IMG/VR virus record: IMGVR_UViG_3300014091_000001
Coordinates: 1-64,000 of that record
Origin: a virus
Lineage: Duplodnaviria > Caudoviricetes
Length of the DNA stretch: 64,000 nucleotides
Strand: one strand, 5' to 3'
Below the pieces are notes generated by a model, which was not told the DNA's origin, did no database searches, and saw nothing but the letters and a program-made list of their open reading frames with translations. A program made the position numbers and the translations under genes. Positions 9,446-19,800 of the stretch are shown here, one piece after another (within the stretch, counting starts at the first letter, position 1; every line of letters begins with the position of its first letter).

Positions 9446-9466
9446 ATGGTATGGGGTATGTGTTTT
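9446..9466 (-). promoter_or_regulatory. Putative late promoter (lydA-dar operon)
   Basis: AAAACACATA-CCCCA-TACCAT. Confidence 0.6.
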
Positions 9467-9583
9467 GCAGAAATAAAAAAGCGCCAATGGCGCGATTTTT
9501 CATTGATGGAGTGGATGCGGTGACGTGGAAGCTAAAAGCGTTGAATTGATCAAAGACAAGGCCGCATTTGCGGCCTTTTTAAG

Positions 9584-10015
9584 TTATGACTTAGGTGGTT
9601 CCGGCCAGTGAATCTCTGTAGATTCGGCGCTTATAGCATTAACATCATCAATGTAATTGATAACGGCATTAAGCATGGCTTTTTCACTTTCGCTGAGGGC
9701 GCGCTCAGCTCGGAGTTTCAACTGGATTACGCTGATTGAGCGCATTGCCTCATCAATAAGCCATTTCTTTTTTTGCTCGGTTTGCTGAACTATTTGCTCT
9801 CTGCTTAACGTTGGCACATCAACCCATTCAGGTAGCCCATTATTGCCAGCAGATCGCATCTTGCCCTGCGGTGGTAGCGCAATAAAAAATTCGTGAAAGA
9901 TTTCCGGCGTCATTAAGATCGCGTCGTTCGGCCATGAATCAGTAATCATAAACTGGTCAAACTCGCTGGCCGCATAAGCGCCATTCGTCTTTGCTGAGTA
10001 GTAAAATCCGCTCAT
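9584..10015 (-). CDS. Tail fibre assembly chaperone (Tfa/gpU-like)
   Basis: ATG overlaps the fibre stop (ATGA); YYSAKTNGAY...WPNDA...GLPEWVDVP...WPEPP pattern. Confidence 0.85.
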   Translation of the reverse strand: MSGFYYSAKTNGAYAASEFDQFMITDSWPNDAILMTPEIFHEFFIALPPQGKMRSAGNNGLPEWVDVPTLSREQIVQQTEQKKKWLIDEAMRSISVIQLKLRAERALSESEKAMLNAVINYIDDVNAISAESTEIHWPEPPKS

Positions 10016-12198
10016 CGTCCAATCCCTATAATCCTTGCTGGCGCTGCAATCTGGCCCCAATTATGAATTTCTACGGCAGTACCTGAAAAGTTTCCGGCGA
10101 CGACGTTTCCAGCTATTACGTTAGCTGAAAACGCAGCAGGCACTGCTATTGCAAAAAGGCAAGTGGTAAAAGGATATGCCCAATATCCAGCGCTGGTCGT
10201 GCCTGCATTAACATTTGCCGGAGTTTCAAGCCACTGCAATTTAAAGCCGTTAGGCAACTTGACATAGCCCGCTACTACATTCCCAACGTACTCGAAAGCT
10301 GACATATCGGGAATTTGCCCGGAACCTGTACCAACGTCTCGTTTAGCTGCACTTTTTAAACCAAGGTTTATAAGAAATTGAGCAACATTCGGAATATCCC
10401 CGCCATTGGCGTCCTTATCCATTTTTTTGGATAGTTCAGTTGCCATGGTCGAGGCAAAATTCGGATCGTCATTCAGTGCGGCGGCGAGCTCATTTAGCGT
10501 GTCGAGTGCTGCCGGTGATGAATCCACCAATGATGCAATTGCAGCCTTTACAAATGCCGTAGTGGCAATCTGCGTGTTATTCACGCTCTGCGAGGCAGTT
10601 GGTGCTGTGGGCGTTCCGGTAAAGGTCGGGCTTGCAAGCAGTGCGGCAACTGCAGTTTTGACAAAAGCAGTGGTTGCCAGTTGCGTGTTGTTAACTGTCT
10701 GCGAGGCAGTCGGCGCCGTGGGCGTTCCCGTCAGCGCCGGGCTTGCCAGCGGCGCCTTTGTCGCCAGTAAATTGGTCATTGTGGTGGCGAAGTTAGGATC
10801 ATTGCCCAGCGCGGCGGCAAGTTCGCTCAGCGTGTCCAGCGCTGCCGGGGATGAGTCCACCAGGGCGGTGATCGCCGCTTTCACAAACGCCGTGGTTGCA
10901 AGCTGCGTGTCGTTTGACGTCTGCAGTGCTGTCGGAGCTGTGGGTTTACCGGAAAGCGCCGGACTTGCCAGAGGCGCATAATCGGCCACAACCTGTTTCA
11001 CATGCCCCGTGGTCGCGAGCTTGGTTGTGTTGTCCGTTTTGGCTGGCGTCGGCGCCGTGGGCGTTCCGGTCAGCGCCGGGCTTGCCAGCGGCGCCTTTGC
11101 TGCCAGTAAATTAGTCATTGTGGTGGCGAAATTAGGATCATTGCCCAGCGCGGTGGCAATTTCCTCCAGCGTATCCATGCTGGAAGGAGATGCACCAACC
11201 AACGCAGTGATCGCCGCTTTCACAAACGCCGTTGTCGCGAGCTGGGTGTTACTAACGCTCTGATCTGCGGTCGGCGCCGTGGGGGTTCCGGTCAGCGCCG
11301 GGCTTGCCAGCGGCGCCTTTGTCGCCAGTAAATTGGTCATTGTGGTGGCAAAGTTAGGATCATTGCCCAGCGCGGCGGCAAGCTCGCTCAGTGTGTCCAG
11401 CGCCTCCGGTGATGAATCCACCAGGGCGGTGATCGCCGCTTTAACGAATGCCGTGGTTGCAATCTTTTGAGAGGAATCGCTTTTTTGAGGGGTCGGCGCT
11501 AATGGACTGCCTGTAAATTCAGGACTAAAAATAGGCGCTTTTTCACCGAAACGCTGGTCGAGATTCAGATCGTCTATGGCTTTTTCAGTAAATTGTTTTG
11601 CCGCTTCTACTGCCTTTTTCACAGCTGCAGCAGATGCCGCAATAAAGCTATTATCCAAATCAATCTCGTCGCTAAGCTCGACTCCTACCGTACGATTCCG
11701 GCGATGAGACATATCCACCATAGACCAGCTAAGTTCTTTTGCACCGGGCGGTACAATGAGGCGGCAAACTTCGAGTTGATTATCTGCCAGGCTATAACTC
11801 GCGTCAGCTAAAAATATCCCGCAGGCTGAGAATGGGGATGAGTTGTCAACCTGATTAGTTTTGACACCAAACTGATAATTACCTTCCAGCACAACCAGCG
11901 TTGTAGCCCCAGCAGGAATTGTGAGTATTACATCATCAAGCTGATGGATAGATATCTGACTAATGCCCACATCTACCGATGCAGCGCCAATTTCATCACC
12001 GCCTCCAGATGTGATAGATATATCCATTCCCCCCGCCAATGCAGGCATGAAACCTTCATAAAAGCCAGGCTTTACGATCGATTTCATTTTGCGGTTAAAA
12101 GCTGCGGACGCGTATGGTTCAAGGTACTGGATATCAGCCAGTAATGCCTTTTTGGTTTCGGTGGCAATGAGGGCTATACCATTCAAGATCTCACTCAT
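10012..12198 (-). CDS. S: Tail fibre protein S
   Basis: N-terminus (LADIQYLEPY.SAAFNRK) like P1 gpS; repeated DTL.ELAAALGNDPNFATT shaft units; C-terminal GYVKLPNGFKLQW domain. Confidence 0.88.
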   Translation of the reverse strand: MSEILNGIALIATETKKALLADIQYLEPYASAAFNRKMKSIVKPGFYEGFMPALAGGMDISITSGGGDEIGAASVDVGISQISIHQLDDVILTIPAGATTLVVLEGNYQFGVKTNQVDNSSPFSACGIFLADASYSLADNQLEVCRLIVPPGAKELSWSMVDMSHRRNRTVGVELSDEIDLDNSFIAASAAAVKKAVEAAKQFTEKAIDDLNLDQRFGEKAPIFSPEFTGSPLAPTPQKSDSSQKIATTAFVKAAITALVDSSPEALDTLSELAAALGNDPNFATTMTNLLATKAPLASPALTGTPTAPTADQSVSNTQLATTAFVKAAITALVGASPSSMDTLEEIATALGNDPNFATTMTNLLAAKAPLASPALTGTPTAPTPAKTDNTTKLATTGHVKQVVADYAPLASPALSGKPTAPTALQTSNDTQLATTAFVKAAITALVDSSPAALDTLSELAAALGNDPNFATTMTNLLATKAPLASPALTGTPTAPTASQTVNNTQLATTAFVKTAVAALLASPTFTGTPTAPTASQSVNNTQIATTAFVKAAIASLVDSSPAALDTLNELAAALNDDPNFASTMATELSKKMDKDANGGDIPNVAQFLINLGLKSAAKRDVGTGSGQIPDMSAFEYVGNVVAGYVKLPNGFKLQWLETPANVNAGTTSAGYWAYPFTTCLFAIAVPAAFSANVIAGNVVAGNFSGTAVEIHNWGQIAAPARIIGIGR
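10430..11500 (-). repeat. Tandem near-identical shaft repeats inside the tail fibre gene
   Basis: Four DTL..LA.AL..DPNFA.TM blocks and several APLASPALTGTPTAPT blocks, nearly identical at DNA level. Confidence 0.9.
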
Positions 12199-12653
12199 TC
12201 GGCCACCCCTTTCTGCTCGATGGTCAAAAGGATGGTATAGGTCTTACCCTTATAAACAGTATCTTGCTGGGCGCAGAGGACAGCAAAGGCCTTGCCTTCC
12301 GCATCAACCAACGTAAGTGTGTTGAAATTATAAACCGCGTTGTCAGCAAGCAGGGATTCAGGTAATACAATACTGATAGTGATCGTTGTGCCCTGTCGCG
12401 TACAAATCAGATTACTTTCCGCAAATTTTCCAACCAGATCGTTATTGGTGAAATTGGGTGGAATGTTATCTATCAGCCATCCGCTATCGCCGTTCTGTTT
12501 AACCAGATCGGACCGACCCCAATAAGCTTTAACCATTTGAAACCGCTCGCCAATCCCGATGGCAGAGTCCGCGCGGCGCGTATAGTAATAATCCAGCAAA
12601 AGTGCCTTAAAATGCGCACTTCCAGCCGAAGAAACAGCAATCGTATCCGACAT
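12195..12653 (-). CDS. R: Tail fibre attachment/baseplate protein R
   Basis: LLDYYYTRRADS...YNFNTLTLVD...YKGKTY matches P1 gpR; ATG 6 nt after AGGAG. Confidence 0.85.
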   Translation of the reverse strand: MSDTIAVSSAGSAHFKALLLDYYYTRRADSAIGIGERFQMVKAYWGRSDLVKQNGDSGWLIDNIPPNFTNNDLVGKFAESNLICTRQGTTITISIVLPESLLADNAVYNFNTLTLVDAEGKAFAVLCAQQDTVYKGKTYTILLTIEQKGVAE

Positions 12654-12682
12654 ACCCAACTCCTAATGACTGAATATGCCGG

Positions 12683-12703
12683 ATCATAATCACTCTGTAA
12701 TTT
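12683..12703 (-). promoter_or_regulatory. Putative late promoter (R-S-tfa)
   Basis: AAATTACAGA-GTGAT-TATGAT. Confidence 0.72.
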
Positions 12704-12758
12704 AGACCGTGACAGGGGATAGCGAGATTAACGCTCTTAATTAAACCCTTACCTAACT

Positions 12759-13610
12759 CTATGCGTTACTCGATGGAAGAATTACTGGAAGGTCTATTAA
12801 CCATGCATCAAGAGGCATTGCATCATGCGTTAATAGGATAGTTTCTGTGTTGCGTTTTGTTGGCCTAATATCCATGGCCGTTTTAATACTGACATGCTGT
12901 TGAGTCAGCTTTTCCATGGTGGTCTTAAACAAAAACGGACGGATAATTTTAGTGTCAGTATGGTGCCATACCAGCATTTCAGGGGCATCCTGAAGAAAAA
13001 ACTCCAAGCGAAGAGATATTCCGTCAAAAACAGTTTCAAGCGGTAATAACGGAGCAACGATACGGTCGAAGTCAAATGTAAGACGACGGACCAACTGATC
13101 CTGTTCTTCGTACCCATAAATCTCATAAAGGCTATTCAAATCAACATTGATTGTGCCCCGAGAAGTAAGAAAAAATTCCCCGAAAGTTTCGCGTGCTATT
13201 TCCACACCGTTGGCATTGGTAAAAAATGAACCATACGGATGCTTCTCCTGATCCACAGGTGCATAGAGCGGTTCCCATTTAACTGGTAAATTACCAAATT
13301 CACGCCAGAACGTGGCAATGATAGGGCGATCAGTGCCTTTAAAATGCACCTCATCAAGCCGCTGAGTGAGAAGAATTGGCCTACTGGCCGATCCGGTATC
13401 CCCGATGATAAAAAATCTTCCATATTCGCCAATTCGAGTATCAAGGTCGTCTGGATGCATCGTAAAAAAAGACTTCCGCGCACTTAGGCGATTAAGCAAA
13501 GGCTCTACCTGTTCCTCGTAAACTGTCTGGAGGGAATCGGCAAAACCGGGCCATAGCCCGGACTCTCTCTTTTCAGGGATGAGGTGGTTTTTTATCCAGT
13601 CTTTAATCAC
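12759..13610 (-). CDS. 16: Baseplate wedge protein gp16
   Basis: QRLDEVHFKGTDRPI...W.PLYAPVD...PYG...FLTSRG matches P1 gp16. Confidence 0.85.
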   Translation of the reverse strand: MIKDWIKNHLIPEKRESGLWPGFADSLQTVYEEQVEPLLNRLSARKSFFTMHPDDLDTRIGEYGRFFIIGDTGSASRPILLTQRLDEVHFKGTDRPIIATFWREFGNLPVKWEPLYAPVDQEKHPYGSFFTNANGVEIARETFGEFFLTSRGTINVDLNSLYEIYGYEEQDQLVRRLTFDFDRIVAPLLPLETVFDGISLRLEFFLQDAPEMLVWHHTDTKIIRPFLFKTTMEKLTQQHVSIKTAMDIRPTKRNTETILLTHDAMPLDAWLIDLPVILPSSNA

Positions 13611-15055
13611 CGCATCGCCTCCCCTGCTTGTTTGATCTCAAATGTGGAATTTCCAGTGTCGAGGTATATAAAATCATTCATGTTCTCAGGCGTTTGCATC
13701 CCGATTACCTCTATTTCATATCGATTTAATAATGACAGCTCGTTAACGCAGGTCCATATATCTTTGATTTTAACCTGCACATTCTGATCGTCCGGGTTTG
13801 TTCCGCGCTCAAGATCATCACCGAAAGTCGGCGCATCAAACCCAAAACGCGCTTCGAGTGCGTCTTTAATGGTTTTTGTTGCCTCATTAATGACTACGTT
13901 TTTATTAGCAATTCCTTTAATTGTTATAGTAAATGGCTTTTTTACCAACGGCATATAACGGAAGTTTTTATTAAGGGCATTCGGTATTGAGGCCAGACTT
14001 GAGCGAAACTGGCTTTCCAGTTCCTCCTGACTAATACCTGGTTTATGACCGCATATAAAGATGGTATTAATATTCATTAGATCACGCTTACCTGTAGCTG
14101 CTTCTTGCTGCTGCTCGCCCCAAACGTTTAGCCACGATAAACCTTTAACATGGCTGTGGAGGTAAAAACGGTAGTCTCCCCCCCAAACGACCTGCTCATC
14201 GTACGCGACATAATATTGCGCGCGATACCGGGTTTCTTCGGTGGACTCAATCCCGCCGCCACCTGTAATTGGCGTGTCCGTAATCACTTCGAGCGACTCA
14301 ACCAAGCCTGCAATATTTCCCGCAGGAATCAGCTTCTGCCCCTGCGCCAGAGTCGTATCACCCTGGCTGCACCAAACCTCAACATCAACCTGGCTTCCTG
14401 CCTCCGGCATTACCCCTGACGAGTTATCTCCGAACCGAACTCCTAACTGTTCGGTAGGCCGGTATACGAGTACATAATGCATGCTCGTCGAGCGTGACAG
14501 GCGAAACATCGGGTTGTAGATCCATTTGCGCTTCTGTTTGTTTGTCGTTACAAAAACCTCAAGCGAAGCGGTTTCCGCTGTGATATCGCGGGGTAGCATC
14601 AACGTATAAAATGGGCGGGCCGTTTCAATTTCGCTGCTGATAATGACTTTTTCCATCTGCCGAACATTATCGACTGTTACGGTTTTTCCTGCCGGTATGG
14701 TTACTGCATCCGTAGTTACATAGGGTAAATCCAGTGACGATAAAAATTCTGCATGAGCAGGTAGCTGAATATCGATCGCAGATTTGTTTCGTATTTTGAC
14801 TCTGCCCCATGACGGAGTGATTAACCTTCCTACATACCCTCGATCTTCGGCGGCGGCGAGAATACTTGAGCGTCGAGTTGCCATAGAAATAAAACCCTCA
14901 CCTAATGCGCGGCGCGCATGAGACTGAGCCATATAAATGATTTGCGCACCGAAAATACTCATCATCTGAATAAATTGGCTACTGGCAAATCGCGCCCACC
15001 ATGGGTTTTTTGCCAGTAAACCATTAAATTTATCAAGAAGTTCGTTTATGCTCAT
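13607..15055 (-). CDS. bplA: Baseplate wedge protein BplA
   Basis: GFISMATRRSSILAAAE, QLGVRFGD and RAQYYVAYDEQVVWGGDY match P1 BplA. Confidence 0.9.
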   Translation of the reverse strand: MSINELLDKFNGLLAKNPWWARFASSQFIQMMSIFGAQIIYMAQSHARRALGEGFISMATRRSSILAAAEDRGYVGRLITPSWGRVKIRNKSAIDIQLPAHAEFLSSLDLPYVTTDAVTIPAGKTVTVDNVRQMEKVIISSEIETARPFYTLMLPRDITAETASLEVFVTTNKQKRKWIYNPMFRLSRSTSMHYVLVYRPTEQLGVRFGDNSSGVMPEAGSQVDVEVWCSQGDTTLAQGQKLIPAGNIAGLVESLEVITDTPITGGGGIESTEETRYRAQYYVAYDEQVVWGGDYRFYLHSHVKGLSWLNVWGEQQQEAATGKRDLMNINTIFICGHKPGISQEELESQFRSSLASIPNALNKNFRYMPLVKKPFTITIKGIANKNVVINEATKTIKDALEARFGFDAPTFGDDLERGTNPDDQNVQVKIKDIWTCVNELSLLNRYEIEVIGMQTPENMNDFIYLDTGNSTFEIKQAGEAMR

Positions 15056-15066
15056 AAATCCGCCTG

Positions 15067-15426
15067 TTAGCTATTTTTCATATTGATGTTTAATTCACCG
15101 TTCGGCATCACAAAGCGGATATTCAGTGTGTCTTCTGATATCGCCTCACAGCGCACCTGCTGAATCTGAATGCTCGGCAGGTCCTGGCGTATTTTTGTAA
15201 CCAAATCGTTTTCGATAGCGACTTCAACTAAGTGACTGGACTCGTCACCGATCGGTTCATGTTTATAACGTTGCATAGGGTTGCCCCATGAAGGAAGGCC
15301 ATAAACGCTCCCCAATGGGGTTCTGAGCCATTCCTCCAGACGCATCATACTTGTCTCAGCTGCCCCCTCCTTTACCGTTATCCCTCCGGCATCCACACGC
15401 ATTAGTGCATCAATCTCGGCAAACAT
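15067..15426 (-). CDS. pmgA: PmgA (T4 gp25-like baseplate protein)
   Basis: EWLRTP.GSVYGLPSWGN...KHEP motif; gene position. Confidence 0.85.
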   Translation of the reverse strand: MFAEIDALMRVDAGGITVKEGAAETSMMRLEEWLRTPLGSVYGLPSWGNPMQRYKHEPIGDESSHLVEVAIENDLVTKIRQDLPSIQIQQVRCEAISEDTLNIRFVMPNGELNINMKNS

Positions 15427-15429
15427 TTT

Positions 15430-18400
15430 TTAATCCCTCAGAAGTTCGTTAAGTGCTTCGTCTTTGATAGTTAGAGCCGCTGCCGATCGAGGCGCTGGCT
15501 GCGCTGTGTTGACAACTTTTGCAGGTGCGTCGTCTTTTTGTTTCGATACGCCTAATAACTGTTCCAACGTTCCGCTCATAGCTTTCAGCTCTTTGAGCAT
15601 ATCCACATCATAATTTGCAGTGTTGTCGCTGCTTAGTGATGGTCGGACACCGCTTCTGGCAAGATCTTGTACGGTTTGCATAGTTGCCGGGATGGCAAGG
15701 GATGAAGGCTGGTTTATTAAAGAAGGTTGTTGCTGTGCTTCCGGTAACGATCCATTCAGCATCGCTGACGAGGCATCCTTAACGGTCGTCATGCCGTTTT
15801 CCAGCCAATTACCAGCTTTATCAGTTATTGGAGCTATCGCACGTTGAACGGACGGATCAGATAGGCCAACCTGCCCCATAAGATCGCTCACGACTTGCGT
15901 ACCGCTAAATCCGCTCACGGTCTGGTTTAGCGTATCGCTAACGGCGGGCATTATTGAGGCACCTACCGCTTTAAAACCGTCCATCGCGCCGTCTAATACT
16001 TTATCGAACGTGCTGGGCTCCTGCCCCTCCGTTGCCGTTGCTCCGGGTAAGATAGAAGGCCATTTGCCCTTTACTGGTGTGCTTGATTTAGTGTTTTCGG
16101 CGCCTTTTAAGGGGTTATTACCTGGCCCCGTTTCAGCTGTTTGTTTAACCCCCGCTGGCCGCGTACTCATGGCATGATTTTGCTTTGCTATCTCTGTCGG
16201 CAGTTTTGCTGCACCAGACAAAGCGCTGGGTAATTTCACTCCGGCCGGTAGAGTTAAGCCAGCGTCGGGACGATTTCTACTCATTCCCTCAATGCCTTTC
16301 TCTTGCATAATCTCCTGGACCCATGCATCTGCCTGTTCCGGCGCGCCGGTTGCTGCAGCCAGCCCCTTAGTCATCATTGATTTAAATTTGGAGCTAAAAG
16401 AGTCGCCTCCGGCATCAGCTTTCGAATCGCTGGCTTTCTCCTGTTTCTCTGTCTGACTCGCATGCTGTTTTGCTGAGAGGGGTGGTATAGATGCGGTAGC
16501 TTCGCTTTTCTCTTTATTTAATTCTGCTGCAGGCGCCACTACGGCAACCGGTAACGTGGCGGCGGCCACGGAAGATATAGGTGATAAAGAAGCGGCGAGT
16601 GATGGAGCGACCTCCGGTTTTGAAGGCGTTTGTTTTTTTTCGTCTTGAGTTACTTCTTTTGTCTGTGGTGTAGCAGCTGGCTTATTTGCCGATGGTGTAG
16701 CTGCTGGCATTGATACCGGCCGCCCTGCTTCAACCACGGGCAAGGTTTCAGAAACTGACGGACGGATCGGCTCAGCCTCTTTAGTTGATGTGACGGCTTT
16801 TGCTCCCGAACTAAACAGAGAATTCGCGGCTACAGGCGCCAGACCTTTCTTAGCGCGTTCCTCATTGACAACTTTAAGTGATTGATCGCTAAATTTGCCG
16901 TCAACCCACTTGCCGTTTTCATGTCGCCCTATCGAGTCACGTATAAACTGATCCGTAACCTGGGGGTTGCCGCCTTCGATTGTGGCAATACCACGCATCA
17001 TTTTTGTCATGACTTCCGGGTTAGTCATGTCCAATTGTTCGTCAGAGCGTACACCAAGCTTTTCGGATAGCGACTTAACGTATTGCTGAGTGTCGTTCTC
17101 ATTTTTCGGTGCATAGACACCGATTATGTCCTCAACCGTATTGAGTTTGCGTCCACCAGTTGCCTTCGATTTACCATTCGAGTAAGCCGTAAGCTGATTA
17201 GCTAATGCCCTGAAACCTTCTTCTGGTGTATTGAATTTGGCAAAGCGGGCTTCACCGTTTGCATTGGGATCTTCAAGCCTTGCGCCTTCCTGCCCAACGT
17301 AATTGAGGTTCCCGAAATTGTTATTGCGAAATGAGCGAACTTTCGCATTTTTACCGCCGATGTTTAGGTCCGGCGCAATATCATTAACAGAAACAGAGTC
17401 ATAATCCGCTACAGATTTCCCCGCCGCGCCGACATTATCCTCACCCCACTCGCCCCCTTGTAACTGAGTGCCCAGGCGGTTTATCGCTCCTACCGTTTTG
17501 TCTGTGCCAGAGTTAATAGCTAAAGTTTGATCTGTGAGGACTTTTGTAACGTCTTTGCTCTTTCCTTCGTTCGAATCAGTCAGCTTTGTAACAGCATCGC
17601 GTACTGTGCTCATTCCGTTATCGAGCCCTTTTGCAATACTGCCCGTATCGAAGGTCAGCGCATCAGCTACTTTATCCATCCCAACGGCTCGGGCACCCGA
17701 AGCGAATAAACCGGCTGCGCCTGACACTAAGCCGCCCATGTTGACCACATTAGCCATCGTGTAGGCAGCTTTTTGTTGTGTACTTACTTGTTTCCCTTCA
17801 TCAACATTAAAGGTTTCGCGCTGGCCTTCCTCGTCCGTGGCTCCGTCATAGGCGTCCATGCCTACCCCTATCGCGGTGCCGATCAGCGGGATAGCTTTCA
17901 GTGCTGTTTTAGCGCCAATTTTCGTACCGGCACTTAAAGCACCCTTTTTCGCTACCGCCTCTCCTGCTTCGGTTGCTGTTTTTGATGCGCTGGCTTCAAC
18001 CGTTTTTGTGGTAGTTTTTGCTGCGGTATTTTCTACTGAATTTTCAACAGTTTTTGCTGCTGCTGTTTTAACTGCTTTGGTAGCGGTGGCATCCGCTGCT
18101 TTTGTTCCTGATTCGCTGACTGCTTTAGCTGCAGCTGTAGTCCCGGCAACAGCCGTGCCAGTGCCAGCTACGGCGGCTGCTGTTTTAGCCGTTGCTTCAG
18201 CTGCTGGTTTTGCCGCTGTAACGATAGCCTTCTCAGTGGCTTTTGTTGCAGGTGAGGCAGTTTTAAGAGCCTGTGCGGCTACTTTCTCGGTTGCCGCCAT
18301 GGTAGCCTTTTCAGGCAAATGTGTAGCTGCTGCAGTAGCCAGAGCTCCACCTGCAGTCACCCCCCCAACGGCTTTAAGCGCTTTACCACTCAGAATGGCT

Positions 18401-19794
18401 TTAAGATTGCTACGGCTGGGTTTTCCTCCGGGTAATTTAGAGGCCGAGGTTTTCCCTCGTCTGGTTTTGTTACGGACTTTATCTGACTGAGCACCTTCGC
18501 GCTGGTTATTCCTGCCTGAACCTTTACCTTTTTCCCTTCCTTCACGTTCATTATTTGCGCTTCGAGCATCTCTTCCCCTGCGCCCTTCTTTGCCGTTACG
18601 TGCATTGCGTGATGTTCGGGCTGCTCGCCCCGGCGAACGCCGACTAAATAGTTTTTGAAGACCACCGAGGCCTGCACCATCCTTACCCAGCTTTTTTAAA
18701 TCGCGTCGTATGCCATCAAGCTCATCAATGATTCGTCCATCGTTTTTATCAATGATTCGCGTTTGCTCAACCGTAGCGTCCGCAGCCGCGTCTTTTATGC
18801 CACCAGCGAATTCTGTGGCTGACTTTGGCTCGCCGATTTTAGGTGGCGCTGGAGGCTGGACAATAACTGGCGGCTGAGTTTTCGCCGGTTTGGTTTCAGT
18901 AGGTTCTTTATCTGAATTGCTAACCCAATCTTTTAGAGAAAGAGCATTGTCGCTGACAGCTTTGCCAATATCGAACATGCCTTTTCCAAGGGTCCATATT
19001 GGTCCACCAACGGCAGCGCCCCCAACAATATCAGCGCCTCCAGCATGTAGATCTGTCCCGCCCTTCTCGTTGGATGTAAACAGTTTAGTTAGCCTGCCAA
19101 AGAAACCTATTTGCAGTTTTTCTTGTTCTTTTAAACTTATCTTTTGTTGGCGAGTATTTTCAGAAGCCTGAGCTATTTCACGCGAAACAAAGCGCCCTTT
19201 TGAATCACGCTTTGCGCCTGACGCTTGCTCGCCTTCAAATTTATTTAAGGCTTTTGATGGCACAGGATTCCGGTCGCGGCCTCCATCGGGACTTTGGGAC
19301 GCTTTACTACCCCGGGCGCGAGTCAACCGCTCTTTATACCCTGTGGCTTCGTCTGAAATAATTTCACTGGTGTTTTCCGTGCTACCAGCCACCCCGGTCC
19401 TTTCATGCTCCCTACTTTTACCTTTTGTGGCTTTTTTTGTCCTTTGATTCGGTTCTTTTTTTGGATTTGCTTGAACCGGACTTTCGCTGACCTTGTTATC
19501 AGACCTTGAAGGTGCATTATAATCCTCATTATAAGGACTTTTTTTGGCTGCATCGGTCCTGTTCTTTGATGGGCTCGCTTCGTCTTTATTTTTACTGCTC
19601 AGACGACGGCTTATTACTAAAGCCGGATCACGTTTTGCTCCGTTATCGTGTGTTACTTCAGCTGATTTTTCGCCAACCTCTGAACGGCCCGCCAGCTGCT
19701 TTAGCGATTCATTAATCCTCGCCAGCTCCTTTAATTCCGATTCACTGGCGCTTTCTATAGCTTCAATGATATTAAGCCGATCATTTTTTTTCAT
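15430..19794 (-). CDS. sit: Tape measure/injection protein Sit with a lysozyme-like domain
   Basis: 1454-aa Ala/Lys/Thr-rich protein at the sit position; RNNNFGNL...F.TPEEGFRA...YAPKNENDT lysozyme-like motif. Confidence 0.85.
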   Translation of the reverse strand: MKKNDRLNIIEAIESASESELKELARINESLKQLAGRSEVGEKSAEVTHDNGAKRDPALVISRRLSSKNKDEASPSKNRTDAAKKSPYNEDYNAPSRSDNKVSESPVQANPKKEPNQRTKKATKGKSREHERTGVAGSTENTSEIISDEATGYKERLTRARGSKASQSPDGGRDRNPVPSKALNKFEGEQASGAKRDSKGRFVSREIAQASENTRQQKISLKEQEKLQIGFFGRLTKLFTSNEKGGTDLHAGGADIVGGAAVGGPIWTLGKGMFDIGKAVSDNALSLKDWVSNSDKEPTETKPAKTQPPVIVQPPAPPKIGEPKSATEFAGGIKDAAADATVEQTRIIDKNDGRIIDELDGIRRDLKKLGKDGAGLGGLQKLFSRRSPGRAARTSRNARNGKEGRRGRDARSANNEREGREKGKGSGRNNQREGAQSDKVRNKTRRGKTSASKLPGGKPSRSNLKAILSGKALKAVGGVTAGGALATAAATHLPEKATMAATEKVAAQALKTASPATKATEKAIVTAAKPAAEATAKTAAAVAGTGTAVAGTTAAAKAVSESGTKAADATATKAVKTAAAKTVENSVENTAAKTTTKTVEASASKTATEAGEAVAKKGALSAGTKIGAKTALKAIPLIGTAIGVGMDAYDGATDEEGQRETFNVDEGKQVSTQQKAAYTMANVVNMGGLVSGAAGLFASGARAVGMDKVADALTFDTGSIAKGLDNGMSTVRDAVTKLTDSNEGKSKDVTKVLTDQTLAINSGTDKTVGAINRLGTQLQGGEWGEDNVGAAGKSVADYDSVSVNDIAPDLNIGGKNAKVRSFRNNNFGNLNYVGQEGARLEDPNANGEARFAKFNTPEEGFRALANQLTAYSNGKSKATGGRKLNTVEDIIGVYAPKNENDTQQYVKSLSEKLGVRSDEQLDMTNPEVMTKMMRGIATIEGGNPQVTDQFIRDSIGRHENGKWVDGKFSDQSLKVVNEERAKKGLAPVAANSLFSSGAKAVTSTKEAEPIRPSVSETLPVVEAGRPVSMPAATPSANKPAATPQTKEVTQDEKKQTPSKPEVAPSLAASLSPISSVAAATLPVAVVAPAAELNKEKSEATASIPPLSAKQHASQTEKQEKASDSKADAGGDSFSSKFKSMMTKGLAAATGAPEQADAWVQEIMQEKGIEGMSRNRPDAGLTLPAGVKLPSALSGAAKLPTEIAKQNHAMSTRPAGVKQTAETGPGNNPLKGAENTKSSTPVKGKWPSILPGATATEGQEPSTFDKVLDGAMDGFKAVGASIMPAVSDTLNQTVSGFSGTQVVSDLMGQVGLSDPSVQRAIAPITDKAGNWLENGMTTVKDASSAMLNGSLPEAQQQPSLINQPSSLAIPATMQTVQDLARSGVRPSLSSDNTANYDVDMLKELKAMSGTLEQLLGVSKQKDDAPAKVVNTAQPAPRSAAALTIKDEALNELLRD

Positions 19795-19800
19795 GGTTAA

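Noticed and set aside
17858-18490. 210-aa Ala/Val-rich ORF (and 10406-10981)
   Set aside because: Antisense reading of low-complexity Ala/Thr codons in sit and in the tail fibre.
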